64,000 nt of DNA. It comes from Lepidodermella squamata (taxonomy: Eukaryota; Animalia; Gastrotricha). Of this stretch, positions 25,478 through 39,138 are shown piece after piece. The translations under genes and the position numbers were made by a program. How positions within the stretch are numbered: the stretch's first letter is position 1; each line of letters begins with the position of its first letter. The notes below the pieces were generated by a model, which searched no databases, had not been told where the DNA came from, and was given only the letters and a program-made list of their open reading frames with translations. The DNA lies in the NCBI GenBank assembly GCA_047495785.1, contig JBLDXI010000003.1, forward strand, positions 1 to 64,000, given 5' to 3'.

Positions 25478-27379
25478 TGCAATTAATTCAATCACCTATT
25501 TGGATTCAATAATAGCCTTGATAATTATTTGTTACTTAGTTCTGTCTATGGTGAAAAACTACAGACAGTATACAGTGAAAGTTGACTAAATCGCAGTGGT
25601 CGGAAAGCTTCTTTATTCTTTAAGCAATCTTCCTCTTTCCTAGTAGCCTTTCTCTTTCAAGGCCCTGTTGCTCGCAAGTCGGGTCACGTGATTTAAATAC
25701 TGATCAACATACGAATAGGCGTAGACTTTTGGGATCCAAGTCAGGCTTATGCATGAAAAAGGTCAATTTTATACAGGATTTGGAGAAAATTGCAGGCACC
25801 TGAAGGCTGAAGGACATTACGAAGGACAGGAGACTTAACGAACATTGTGAAAATTTTGAATCGGCCCATCAACCCTGATCTAGCATCTAGCATCTACTTC
25901 AATTATTTATGGGCAAATGTAAGAATTAAATTACTTGTAAGCCCATAAAATCCTTAAATTAACGTTGTATTTCCTAATCCGGTATAAAATAATCTGGGCT
26001 CTGTCTACACCCGACCATGTTTCCTGGCGCGACGCGAGTCCGGTTTAGACAACTTTAGAAAACGAAAGCGCGAGCGGGGATCCTCCGAAGTCTGATGGGT
26101 CAAGGAGTTTTATCAGCTGATCTAGGCCTGAACTTTCATCGCGCAGCCATCGAGTCGGCAGTCGGCACTCACCTACGGATCCCCAGCTTGGTCGTGTCTC
26201 TCCAAGTCTAAGATTGATTCGTTTCCCTTCGTGTTAAATACGGAGAAAAGTTTCACATTCACAAGCTCGAGATGGCCGACTACCTGCGCTTCGTGGCATC
26301 AAAGGATTCACCTAATATCACTTATTTCTAGAGAAAGCAGCTTGAAAAGCACTGTCCGGCTTGGCATCTACGGAGTCTGGTCGTCAAATCCCCCATCACA
26401 TATAGCCCTACGCCGCTCAGAATTTTACATCTATAACTCTAGATAGATCATCTATGAGCGCTATGCCTGCAACCAAATGGTGGCGTCCGCTGGGGCCCTA
26501 TCTGCCTTCGGGGACACCAAAAAGTAGTTGTATGCTGTGAGACAGTGATATTCTCTGTTTACAGCCTTCCACCCAACGACCGCAAGGCACACTGAAGAAC
26601 GTGGTGAGTTGCCACTTTACCAGCGAAGACATTCGTGTTCAGAAGTTGGTCTCACGGGATTTTCGAAAATCCAATGGAAGGCAAATGCATTCCCTTAGCT
26701 AGCAGCAGAGAACCAGAAGCTGAGATAGCGAGCTTGCCGTGGGAGCCAACCTCTAGGTAAGAGTGAAGCCAAGGGCTGAAAAGCCTGGTTTTGCTCGGTC
26801 TGATTACTGACCACGGGCACTCACCCACTCTCAAAACGCCGAACAGACGGCCGCATCGGAATTTTTCAAAAAAGTTAGCGCCAAAACTTCTGGAAAACGA
26901 TGAGCTGTAAATGACTAATATATTAATGCGTATTATTTCATTACAGAAAAAGATGGGTCATGTTTAACTAGTCAACCTGGCGCGCAAAAAATGTTGGCTG
27001 TGCTAAGATTTTAGAGTCGGCTCCAAGCGCTAACCGTCCGTTGTGAGATGTCGCTGGCCGGAGTGAGTAAACAGCCTGACTGAAAGCTGACAGTCGACTG
27101 GCAAGTACTAGCATTTACTTATCCACTTACACTATCCGTTTTCTTCAAGCGAATTTGGCTCAAAGATCAGAGATAGTCTGTTGTCCAAGAGGTTAGAGAT
27201 TCTTATTTGTTTCTACCTACTTCTACTTTGAAAGCCATGTTACCCCTTTGCTTCATTATATACATCTTATAGACGTTTTTGCTAGGTCTCTTACTGAATT
27301 GCTCTCGTTAATTTCGTCTATGACTGAATGTGTGATAATCATTGTTATATTTCATGCATAGGTCATATTTTTGTTTCAA

Positions 27380-28069
27380 ATGAAACTATTCGGTAGCGGT
27401 GGCAGTGGAAGCTCGAAGAATAAGGGTTCTGGCCCTTCGAAAGAGCAAGTTCGCGAGTTGGTCACTCGCATGCGCCGCGAGGAGCGCGCGATCGATCGTG
27501 AAATCGCGGCAATCGGTAAAAAAGAAGCCGAGCTGAAGATTGAGATCAAGAAAACTGTGAAAGCGGGTCACAGCGATGCTGCGAAAGCGCTGGCGAAAAA
27601 CGTTGTGCAGGCTCGCAAGGCGAAATCTCGAATGTACACGGCCCGGGCTCAGATGGAGTCAGTGGCCTTGCAGATGCAGCAGTCGGCAGCGGCTGCGCGA
27701 CTCGCCACCGGTATGGCTGAGACGACGGAGGTGATGCGGGCGATGCAGTCGCTGATTTCGGTGCCTGAGGTTGCCGCCGTCGCACGCGACTTATCGAAAG
27801 AAATGATGAAGATGGGCATAATCGACGAGATGATGGATGACGCGCTCGGCGATGTTGTCGGCATCTCGGCCGAGGAGGAAGACCTCGCAGACGAAGAGGT
27901 CGAGCGCGTCATGGCCGAGCTGACGCAGGGCATCCTCGACAAAGCCCCCGTCGCCCCGGCCCATCGCGTCGCTCAGCCAGTGCCAGTTGCTGCTGCTGCT
28001 GAGCCAGTCGAAGAGGACCCGCAGGAGGAAGAGGCGATGCGGCAGCGCCTCGAGGCCCTACGCAGTTGA
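27380..28069 (+). CDS. CHMP3: ESCRT-III subunit CHMP3/Vps24 (intronless CDS)
   Basis: MKLFG start, TEVMRAMQSLISVPE...LSKEMMKMGIIDEMMDD core and C-terminal MIM AMRQRLEALRS, as in CHMP3. Confidence 0.95.
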   Translation: MKLFGSGGSGSSKNKGSGPSKEQVRELVTRMRREERAIDREIAAIGKKEAELKIEIKKTVKAGHSDAAKALAKNVVQARKAKSRMYTARAQMESVALQMQQSAAAARLATGMAETTEVMRAMQSLISVPEVAAVARDLSKEMMKMGIIDEMMDDALGDVVGISAEEEDLADEEVERVMAELTQGILDKAPVAPAHRVAQPVPVAAAAEPVEEDPQEEEAMRQRLEALRS

Positions 28070-28274
28070 ACCGGTTACGCTTCTAATCACAAACTTGTGT
28101 TTCGTGCTTGCGAAATTATTATATTTTATACGAATGCTTTCGACTGCTGTTTGTAAGCTATACTACTATTGAGTCCGTTGTTCCCTCGACAAGAAACAAA
28201 GAAAGACTGCCTATTGACACTAAATATTTAAATATCGTTTTGGTCAATCTAGGTGTTAATTATCAAATTTAACT

Positions 28275-29386
28275 ATGCCTTCGATTCGTGGGCTTATTCT
28301 GCTGGCATTCGCAGCTGCTATTGGTGTCACTTTCCTCATCCTAGCCTGCTGTGCTAAACCTACCGTAAGTTCCAGAGGCATTAACCAAATTAGCGTATAT
28401 TACAGTATAAAGGCCCGCCTACCGGTGATTAACGGTCTCTGAGTCACCCAGGGTGACTCAAAAGAGGGGGTTGTCCGCGTTTACTTGAGGGTGGTTGATT
28501 CTATCGGAAAACAAGCTTATTTTAACTTGAAAGCCTTTACTTATCAGTAAAACAGATAATCGAAACGTAAATTTCGCTTGAGCACTCAACATTTCAATGT
28601 GCGAATTCAATTTTGATTCGAAATGCTGTGCAGTTTGCAGTTTGAAAATTGGAAGTCGAAAAATCTGATCAAATTCAATACTGTTAAACCGAGGCAAGCT
28701 AGATCCGGCCGATATAATTGCAAACCTTGAATTGCAAAAAAGCTTAGTTCTGATATACTCCTAACCAAGGCCTGCTCAAGGGAAAAATAAATGCTTTGAA
28801 GCCTTAAAATGGGATATCTAAAATGTTGAAACGTGATAATCAATAAAGCTACTGTAAAAACTGCAAGTGTTTCTTTGAGCACTTGCCGAAAATGTTGGGA
28901 AAAATAACCGAACTGATTTTTTGAAAACATAGCTGTTAGTTTTGATTATTACCTGTACTCTAAATTTTGAAAATGACGTAAAAAATAGCACATTTGTTTG
29001 AAGATAGTGAGTGTAACGATATTGAACCTAATAACAATAATAATGAAATGTGTTGCTAGGAGTACAACTGGATTCCGATGTGCGTGCTGACGTTCTACTT
29101 CCTATCGCCCGTGCCAGCGGTGATCCACCGGCGGCTGATCGCCAGCGACGGCGGCTACTCGTCTGGCCCTGCGTCGTGGGTCGGCGACGTGCTGACGTTC
29201 ATCACAACGGCCCTCGTAGCGTCGGCGTTCGCGCTGCCGCTGGTGCTGGCGGACAACGCGATCATCCTGTGGGAACAGGCCGGCTTCGTGCTCGCCGGCA
29301 ACGTCGTCGTCTTCGTGTGCATCCTCGCCTACTTCATCTTCTTCACGAGCGACGACGACCACGTCGGCTTCTCGAATCGCTGGTGA
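28275..29386 (+). CDS. LEPROT: Vps55 / leptin receptor gene-related protein (138 aa; exons 28275-28364, 29060-29386)
   Basis: MPSIRGLILLAFAAAIGVTFLILACC|EYNWIPMCVLTFYFLSPVP...FITTALVASAFALPLVLA...LAGNVVVF matches the Vps55 family. The GT-AG intron is phase 0. Confidence 0.92.
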
Positions 29387-30017
29387 TCGGCCTATTATTC
29401 GATTTCGACGACACAATACGCTTTCTCGAGAGTATTTTATACCACCAATACTACTACGACTACTTGTCTATGTTATCATTATCATTATAATGCTGTAATG
29501 TCTCTGCTATTCTATTCTATAATGCTGTCGTAAGAAATCGATCACATTGAATTGCAATTGAAATTGTTCGAATGAATCTCAGTCGCTTGCATCCAATGCA
29601 AACAAAATCGTCTTTGCGGAGAATTTTTCGGAAATGTTGAAATTTGTCACATGAAACGGCTTCACTCTTGAATTTGAGTTGTGTTGGCTGTATATTATTT
29701 TCGAAGAAGTTACGGTCCAAAGCTATATTCATGTCAATTTGTCAATGTGGTCTGATTTGCTTACTTTCTGTCTGTGTTAAATGCTGTCTTTTACTCGAGA
29801 ATCATCCGCAGAGAGAGGATGCATCGAATCAAGTCAAATGAAAAGCGAAAACAAACAAGCAAACAAAAGCAATTTTGTCGGCTAAACCAGTCCGCAGTTT
29901 TTTATTATTATCAATGATGACGACGCGTTGGAAAGAAAATTGACGATTTTTTAATGCCAGTGGATTTCTTTTGTTATTTCGTAGATTTTTGCGTTAATTC
30001 CTAACTGACAAGTGAAG

Positions 30018-30412
30018 ATGGGCATGCGGAACACGGGCGCGAACCCGTACTCGATGCTGTTCCCGAACGGGCCGCTGATCGACGGGCCGATCACGCGCGT
30101 GTCGGAGAAGTGTATGACGTGGCAGATGACGCAGTGCGCCGAGTTCGAGCGCCGCTTCTGGTCCTGCATGGAGGCGGTCGGCGGCAAGCGCGCGCAGTAC
30201 TACTGCTTCAAGGAAATCGACGACTTCAACGAGTGCCAACAGCGCACCAAAGAGGTAAGCCTTAGTCGATTTCTCCTGCTTTTCCGCAGTTTTTCAATAC
30301 ACTTTTATTCTTTTAGCATCGCCGGTACGTGAAAATGCAGCAGGTGCGTAAAGCGAAAGGACTGCCGTTCGAAAAAACTCCCGACGCCTTCGCGTTCAAA
30401 GAATCGACCTGA
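30018..30412 (+). CDS. NDUFS5: Complex I subunit NDUFS5 (exons 30018-30254, 30317-30412)
   Basis: Twin CX9C motif CAEFERRFWSC...CFKEIDDFNEC with G..RA between the pairs. The intron is 62 nt. Confidence 0.85.
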
Positions 30413-31764
30413 TATAATAATACTGCGACCTGCCACCTGCTGTTTCTTCTATGATCGAGAAATAACAATTCTACCCAACCTGAAAATAATGATAAATAAT
30501 AATCATATCGCCATCAGCTAGTGATTACGATCGTAATAATTGTAATAATGACGACTCTTCGCACCTGTAGACGCGCCACCTGCCATCTTGTTTTGCCCAG
30601 GAAACCGAAAAAATGAATGGATGATCGAAATAAAAGAAATCATCCTCTCGAAAATGCTGCGTTTTTTCATAATGCGGTACCGAGAATATGTATAAGAATT
30701 GATAACATGAGACTTGGCTAGTGATTTTCGTTGCGGCTGATCGCGCTCGAACAATCCGCATCTTCAATGAGGCGGGTGGAATCTACAGATCCGGGGCATT
30801 TTGATGAATTTGTTGACCATTTCCAGAGCCAAGAAGAAAAAACAGGTCTGTTTTGCTCGCTTTCCCTTGCTCGCGGTTGGCTGATTTCTCGAACAAGCTG
30901 AATTGGATTTGTTAATATTTTCATTGGGGCAAACGGGGAAACTCCAGCTTTGCTGCCGGGAAGTTACCCACCCTAGCTGTCTTCAACATTGCAAATCAGT
31001 CCGATTTTATTCACGGAAATAATTTCTCAAAGCATCGGTTATAACTTCAAATTACCTAGTGAATTCTGGCAATTTGGCAATTAGGAATTCGGTGAAAAAT
31101 TGGAAGTACACTCAGCAGTAGAAACAATCGCATTAGCAGTAATACCTGAAAGTACCGTCAACTGGGGTGACTTTGGGCAGTGGGGCCAATTTGACGTGAC
31201 AAAATGGGATGACTTTAGCATACCAAAAATCGAAGATGGTACCTACCTAAGTTAAAGACGAATCGCAAATCCACGTTTTACGGTGGATCTTTGATTTAGG
31301 TACCATTTTGACTACACAGAAACTTTGAAGATTGCTAACCAGTAGACGAGCCAATGTTCTCATTTGCGATTCTTCAGCTTTCGATTTCGATTCAATTCCG
31401 CAGAAAAAATGACTGGTTGGATCTTAAGTTCTGGCAGTCAACAAACTTCACTAAGTTAAAGACCCCGTGAATGGTGTACCGTTGGATAGCCCAAGCAAGG
31501 GCCAGTCTCAATGTGATTTTTCGTCGAACGAGGTTGGTAAGGTTACGCCTGACTTTTCGTCGCACCTCACTAAAAAACACCGAGACGCCTTCAAATAGAT
31601 CGAAAAAATCGGAATCGGTTAAATAATGACTTTTATTCAGATTTCGTACAAAATATCGCTAATAATCGCAGTTGAGCGTTTCTGCTGAAAGGCCTCTAGG
31701 ATCAGCAACAAATGAAATGACACAGAAAACAGCGTTTTTCAGCAGTCAGTCGACTAGGTGAATA

Positions 31765-32148
31765 TCAGTGGCCGAGTGCTTGGCGCAGTTGGTAGCGCAC
31801 CGCCTTGTGGTGCGCGGCCTTGTGAAGGCTCGGCAGCTGCACGATGTTCTTCGGGAATCGCTCCGCGTCGGCGTCGAGCATGCGCCGCCGCTTCTCCTTC
31901 GATATCAGCTGCATCTGCTTGTGCCGCGGCTTGATCGAGCATTCGACGAACAGCCGCCCGAGTCGGTTCTCGATGCGGCAGCCCTTGCATCGCAGTTCTA
32001 GCATTGCGCGAACTCGGTACGACGCCGTCGGCTGCACCAGCAGCGACTGAGGCGGAGCGCAGAGCGAAGTCGGCTTTACTACAGCTAATGCTGCTGGCTG
32101 ATACAGCGATGTTAACGCGGTCACTGACCGCCTCAGTAGAGACAACAT
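31765..32148 (-). CDS. MRPL36: Mitochondrial ribosomal protein bL36m
   Basis: Presequence followed by the L36 zinc-ribbon motif YRVRAMLELRCKGCRIENRLGRLFVECSIKPRHKQMQ. Confidence 0.92.
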   Translation of the reverse strand: MLSLLRRSVTALTSLYQPAALAVVKPTSLCAPPQSLLVQPTASYRVRAMLELRCKGCRIENRLGRLFVECSIKPRHKQMQLISKEKRRRMLDADAERFPKNIVQLPSLHKAAHHKAVRYQLRQALGH

Positions 32149-33978
32149 CGTTGACGATTTAAAAGAAAACCTACAAAGACATTTGTCAAATCGAATAATG
32201 AATAATGTTCAGAAAATGCAGAAAAATACAAAAAAATTTATACGTTTGATGCGCCATAAGCCCACCCCTGGTCGGTGTTTTTTCGGTATGAAAACATTAT
32301 TTATTGTTAAGAACTCATCTCGCAGAGTCACTCCACTGTAATTTCAGAAATAAATTCGCAAGTTGCTCGCGCCCTCTGCACTGAAATTACCGAGCGGATA
32401 AAGTTGGGAATAGCCATGTCATTATGCGAAGGAACATATTTCAACGTCTATCTCTCTTCCAGCTCATCAATAACACTGGTAGACGTATTTTAACTAGGTA
32501 TATGTTGAACTCGCGAATGTATGCTATACATTTGGTACTCAGAATTATCTTAAAGTCACTGGGAAAAGCGTCGCAGTGAAAGCGTGGCTTACAATGCCAA
32601 TGTTGAGCGAATATGATCGTTTCCACTGGTTTCCACAGAATATGATGACCATCATTAATACCGACGTTGCATGTTCGTTCGAAACGCAACGCCAGTGGTA
32701 CCAGGCCAGGCCTGAAACCAATCCAGCATCGCATTACCAATGAAGACAACAAAAAGTTCGGATTGACATTTCTTCTCTTATTCGCCCATTTACTTATTGC
32801 ATAACTGAAAGTCGCCTGGTGTCAAGTTTGAAATAAATCCACTTCTCTTCTTTTCTTTTCTACTGTAAACATCGTTTGAATATAGTTGATTAATTGTTGG
32901 CTGAATTGAAATAAAGGATAAAATAAACATAAATGCTATGCAATAATATGCGAAGCCTGTAATAATGCTTTATCAGAAACCAAAGTTTAACAAATTGGTC
33001 TCCAATTTATCGCGATTTTAAAAGACCGTTGGTAGACACACCGCAGCAAAAATACTACTTGCGTATGGTAGAATTACCAAAAATTTACAGAAGCATTTGA
33101 TGCAAATAACGACCATTGCAACAATATCTGAAGGGTTCTTATTGGCTAAATGAGCCGATTATCAATCTTAATATAGTCTTTTTTCAATTAATTTCTGTCA
33201 TTAAGTGTTACATTTAAATTCTATCTACTAGTTCCTAGGCACCGCAATGGTCCCTGCTCTACCACCGACGACCGACGGGAACTAACGTCAATGGAAAGCA
33301 AATGAACCACCTTGATTGTTATTGTTGCCAGTTGTCTGCCATTATTAAAATTTGATCAGTAACTTAAAGTGTGCGCGGTAATACTGCTGATATTGCTGAT
33401 ATCTACTGCGGGCTCGAGGATTACCGTAATTCGTAATTCGTAATACGATATACGATAAAAGGGCAGCAAGATAGCAGAAAATTAGTCTTTCATCAGTCAC
33501 ATGGAAAAGCGCTGCAAGATGCAAGAACTAATACTTCCAAATCAATGCCTATAATTTCTCAACTGGATCCCTGTCAAGGTATGACGGCTTAAGGCGGCAT
33601 CCGACGGCATGGCGGTCCAAGGGCAAAGAGCAAAGACCAGAGCAGCCCACCGGGCTCTCGAAAACCGGTGAAATCGAAATGATGCGCGTCCAGAAAGTTC
33701 CACCGGTCAGCTGATGTCACATTTTGTTGGTAATCTGTTTATGACATTAAATATTTATAATTGTTTTTATTCAAAATTACTGCATTTTTAATAGATCTTA
33801 CAAAATTTTGCAAAAAATATTTGAAAATTGGACCAATCAGCTTCGTTGCCAGCTCAGCACGTGGGGATTTAAAAGCCGGCTTCAGCGACTTGGCGTTACA
33901 TCCAACACGCTCCTTACCTATATATCTGTATCGACATCGTTAACGTATTGATTAACTTTTAATTGGCAAAGCCAAAAA

Positions 33979-35331
33979 ATGATTCGCGCTGTTGTTTTGT
34001 GCATGGCGCTGGCCACCGCCACCGCCACCGTTCACTTCCTTGAGGAGTTCAATGGTTAGTCTGTCGGATATGCGACGCGTCGGTGTGGTTTAATAAGCTG
34101 TTTTTGTTTGCTATTTAGATGGTGATGGATGGGAAAAGCGTTGGGTCTCGTCTGAGCACTACGGCGCCGAGCAGGGCAAGTTCCGTCTGACTGCTGGCAA
34201 GTTCTACAACGATGCTGAAAAGGACAAGGGTGTGCAAACGTCGCAAGATGCCCGCTTCTACGGTATCTCGGCCAAGTTCGAACCGTTCACCAACGAAGGC
34301 AAGCCGCTCGTTGTCCAGTTCCAAGTCAAGCACGAACAGGACATCGACTGCGGTGGTGGCTACGTCAAGGTGTTCGGCAAGGACCTCAACCAGAAGGACA
34401 TGTTCGGTGACTCCGAGTACATGATGATGTTCGGCCCTGATATCTGCGGTCCTGGCACCAAGAAGGTTCACGTCATCTTCAACCACAAGGGCAAGAACCA
34501 CTTGATCAAGAAGGAGATCCGCTGCAAGGATGATGTCCTGTCGCACGTCTACACTTTGATCGTCCAGCCCGACAACACCTACCAGGTCTTGATCGACAAC
34601 GAGAAGGTCGAAAGCGGCTCGCTCGAGGAAGACTGGGACATGCTGCCGGCCAAGAAGATCAAGGATCCCGAGGCGAAGAAGCCCGATGACTGGGATGAGC
34701 GTGAACAGATCGACGATCCCGAGGACAAGAAGCCCGAAGACTGGGACAAGCCTGCTCACATCCCAGACCCGAGCGCCAAGAAGCCCGATGACTGGGATGA
34801 CGAGATGGACGGTCAATGGGAGCCCCCACAGATCGACAACCCCGAGTACAAGGGCGAATGGAAGCCGAAGCAGATTGCGAACCCGGCGTACAAGGGCAAG
34901 TGGGTCCACCCTGAGATCGACAACCCTGAATACACCCCGGAGCCGAACCTGTACCGCTACAAGGACATCAGCGCCATCGGTCTGGATCTGTGGCAAGTCA
35001 AGTCTGGCACCATCTTCGACAACATCCTCATCACCGACGACGTTGACTTTGCCAAGCAATACGTCAAGGACAACTGGGAAGCGACCCGCGACGGTGAGAA
35101 GAAGATGAAGGTGAGTAGTTGTGATTCGTGATTGTTGAGTGTTTCATGATTCTAATGATGTTTGTGTTTGTTTAGGAGAAGGCCGACGAGGAGGAGCGCA
35201 AGAAGCGTGAGGAGGAAGAGGCCAAGCGCAAGGCTGAGGAAGACGCGAAGAAGTCTGAAGAAGGCTCGAAGGACGACGATGAAGACAAGGACGACGACGA
35301 GGAAGTCGCCGAGAAGAAGGACGAGTTGTAA
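33979..35331 (+). CDS. CALR: Calreticulin (exons 33979-34054, 34119-35110, 35176-35331)
   Basis: Signal peptide, KHEQDIDCGGGYVK and MFGPDICG motifs, P-domain repeats (DPEAKKPDDWD), acidic tail and C-terminal KDEL. Confidence 0.99.
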
Positions 35332-37463
35332 GCGGCTGCGACAGCTCCGACGACAACCTGTGATCTATTCGTATCGACTACTTCTCGCTCTATCTCATCA
35401 GTTGTTAAAGTTAATGATAAATCAAGCAAGCAGTGAACAGTGAAGACCATCATACACATACATGATGAAATGATGATGAATACCAGTGTTCTTTCTTCTT
35501 CTATGCCACACTTACACAACAAATGCGTGCATTGCGTCTCCGTTTTTTTCTGTCTGCCTGAAGATTATTATTATTATAATTATTTAATATTCGAAGAATG
35601 AATGAATTAATCTATATATTATGTGTATGTCTGCTGCTGCGTTGTTAGGACAGGCGTGCTTTTTCAGCGCCTGGCCTTACTTTCGTAATCTATGTCGCGC
35701 CTCTAAGTGCTATTCGTTCTAGAAGAAATTGTCAACAACAAAAAAGCTAGTGATTGTTTTTTTGAACACATGCGATGAAAGAAAGAAGAATAAAGAATTG
35801 AAAGTGACTGACATTCAAAAGATGCCTGGCTTTTTTTCAAATTCTGTTGAAAGCGTTCAACCAAAAGAGTGGGAACTTTGAGACTCTGAAACCAATGAAT
35901 CAGTGGATCAGTCGATCAACGCTGCTTTATTGGCAATCAGTTTGGGTGATGATGAGGATTGATTGAAGTGAACACAGATAGTTATGTTCAAAACATTTTC
36001 CAGTGCAATGAGATGATGACTAACTTCCCTTGCGATTTTTCAAGCTGTTTGAGATCAGTTGGCTGATAACGCAGTGGTTGCTGTTGAACCTAATATAGGT
36101 ACTGCTGTTATTCTGATCACGATAGATTTCAAGCCCTCTTGACGAGTGTTGATGGCTTTCACAGGCATAATATTTATGAAGCAATGTGGCACTCGACGAT
36201 ATGGGTCCTCTTGCAAATCCTCAAGCTATGTTACACCTCACCGAACGAGTAAAGGTGGCAGACCCAGTTCGAAAAATTCGAAATTAACTTTCGGTGAATC
36301 GTTCATTTTTCATTTTTTGAACCGACTTGACCCCTCAACCGTGGGCTACTATTAGCTACCGGGCCACTCGCTGTAGCTCAAGGACTGAACAAATACGCTT
36401 TTCATCAGTTGAACTATTTTTGAATATTTTGATTTGATACCTGGGCTCATTTAGGCATGATACGAACTTTTGAACCTAAAAATAGTCCGAATTATGAGAT
36501 GCCCGGACTTCAGAGGCCGGGTAATTCAATGTTTTTATGTCAAATCAACAACTTCGGCACGAGCCATCGGAATTCATCCGGCTTTTATGCAAGTCTGGAC
36601 TACACAAAAATCACTGTAGCAGTCAAAAGAACGATCGAACTCTCGAGACCGCACGGCTATCAAGCAAACAAATGAGCCAAGTTTTACACACTATTTTCTA
36701 CGCGGGAAAATTCATTGAAAACAGCTCGCCATTTTACTCAGAACTCTGACCCAGGCTGAAATGTGTCAATGATGGTAAGAATGATAAAATAACATGTTTT
36801 TTGCCCCAATCACTCGAGCATTTTACGATAGTACCGTTCGAGTGCTCTTGGTGCGCAGTTTTCGACACTGGTGTGGCGTACCTAAGTATAGCAGGTTGTT
36901 GGAGACTCTTTTGACTTTTTTTTAGTTTCGCCATAGAAAACTAATTAGTACACTGGAAAGTCAAGGGTAAAGAAACAAAATAGACGGCAGTACCTGGTGC
37001 TGTAAGGCGCTACTATACTAATAGTAAAGAAAGTGCGTATTGAATAAGATGAAAAAAACGCGCCCCTTGAGAGCAGAGGCGCACGCGGTCAATGCGCGCA
37101 AAAAAGCGCTGTTGATCGATAACTAGGTAGGTATACCAACAGGTGATGTTGTATTATACTCACGCGTTGACAATACGCCGTCCGATAATGAAAAGCAGCA
37201 GTCACCTTGTGACTATTACTATACACTCTGCTGTATGCTATATTATTTATCCTTATTTAGAGTGAATGGAATGCACACAGACACGACGACGACGAGGGTG
37301 ACAGCAACAGCACATAGGCAACGCACCGCCACGGCGCGATATACCACCATACATACAGCGGGTGCGGCTGCCATCACGAAAACAGTCGATTTACGACGAC
37401 GTGTAAAGTCACATTAATATCACTCTACTCTAGTAGTAGCAGTATAATACCTCATCGGCTATT

Positions 37464-39105
37464 ATGGTTGAAGTCGTGAAACCGAATTCGGCGGCAAGTG
37501 CTCTGCGAATGTTCGAGGCGTCTACTTCTTCTTCTTCATCTTTCGGCCGACATCATCATCATCATCATGAGCCGCTGCCGCCGGGCGATGATGACCGGCG
37601 CCTCGCCGCATCGGCGTCCGTCGCCGCGCAGTTCGCCAACGCGGCGCAGTCACCGTACGCCCGGGCGATGCTGCACCACAGCGTTCCGACTTACCTGGCG
37701 GCTCTCAATGATCCTGGCAATCACAACAGCAGTAATGCTGACGTCAACAACAAGCAGGCTGTTGTGAGATTCGCACCTATTGTCAACGTCAACACCATTA
37801 CACCAGGTAAAGTAATTGAAAATCGCGCCTTTCACAGCATGATTTATCGATTTACAAATCAATATATTTATTATTCTAATTTTAACACATTTCTTTGAAT
37901 CTTCACTTTTATAGAAAGCCATTTGCGCCTATCACCACAAGTTGTCAACGTTCGAGCTCGAGATCCTGCTCCTGCATCGCATGATGGACGGCGGCCGCGC
38001 ATCATGTCGGCACCGCTCACCCTGGGTGACGCACAGCACCTAGTCGGTTCCAAGTATTTTTCATGGTAAAAGATTGGGCTATAATATGGCTGTAATATGA
38101 AGTTTGTTGAATTTGTTACATTAGGAAGGACAAGCGAGCTCCTGGTGACGCCGATGCTATTCACCTCTCCAATTTGTTCGCATCTCTAGCGGCAAGATCA
38201 GCGTCGAATGGAGGCAGCACTGCTGATGGCGATAATGATCGAATGACCATCGCCTACCAAAATGATGACCAACAGCAACAACTGACGGCAACATCGTCAC
38301 AACCTGCTACTACTAGCCAACACCAACAGCCTACGACTTCTATCGAACTCGCAATGCAAGAAATGAATGGTAGATTTTTGAACAAATCTCTTATAAGTAC
38401 TTGAGTTATATGCTGAAATTTTTGCAGCTCATCGGCGCCAGCACAGCCAGGGTTCGGGGAGTGCTCGGCGCCTAAAATCAGCCGCTGCTGGGTCGCCTTC
38501 ATCAGCGGGCAGCCATCAACACGTGCGCAAGGTGAGATCGAAAAACCTCCATCCGAGTTGACAATATTTTTTAGATTTTTCTGCGAATCGCACCCTTCAA
38601 CGGGTTGCCGTTTTTAATTATTAAATTTTCTCTGGTATCATGATAATTTTCGAGGGAATAGTGGGACAAGAATTGGAAAAGCTCAGGACGAACCTGATTT
38701 TGGAAATTCGATTTTCCGATTTCTTAGTATAGGCGCCATAGGTTCGATTTTTACTTCATAAAATTTCGAATGCTTCACGTAAAATGTTCACGTCTTGGTT
38801 CTAATTTCACTTGAATTTATAGGTCGCATCGGCGTTGATAAAACTGAGCGATGCGGCGCAGGCGTCGACGGGCGCTTACGTCTCCCGCGTGGCATCGGCG
38901 CAACTCGAACGGCAACTCGCCGACCGTTCCATAGTGCCACAAGCGACGACGAATGGTTCGCCGATGAACATCAACGACAGTTCGTCGATCCATCGCTTGT
39001 TCTACCTAGCACCACAACGACCTCGAACAAGCGACAACAATAGTAATAATAACAGCGGCGCACCAGGGTCGAAACCGCGGCCGAAAAGCGGCGTCGTCTT
39101 CCATC

Positions 39106-39138
<33 letters not shown>

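Noticed and set aside
25700-27200. Mixed-composition intergenic stretch with short ORFs (similar at 35800-36900)
   Set aside because: No recognisable protein motif, termini or consistent splice chain; possibly decayed repeats, but unsupported.
31153-31220. TACCGTCAACTGGGGTGACTTTG with partial repeats, resembling a pogo-like TIR
   Set aside because: No matching inverted end found nearby; at most a solo remnant.
33820-33870. CCAAT and CACGTG upstream of calreticulin as an ER-stress element
   Set aside because: The spacing does not fit ERSE (CCAAT-N9-CCACG) or ERSE-II (ATTGG-N-CCACG), so it cannot be called.
34115-35059. 314-aa antisense ORF over calreticulin
   Set aside because: Shadow of strong codon bias on the sense gene; it has no independent motif or splice signals.
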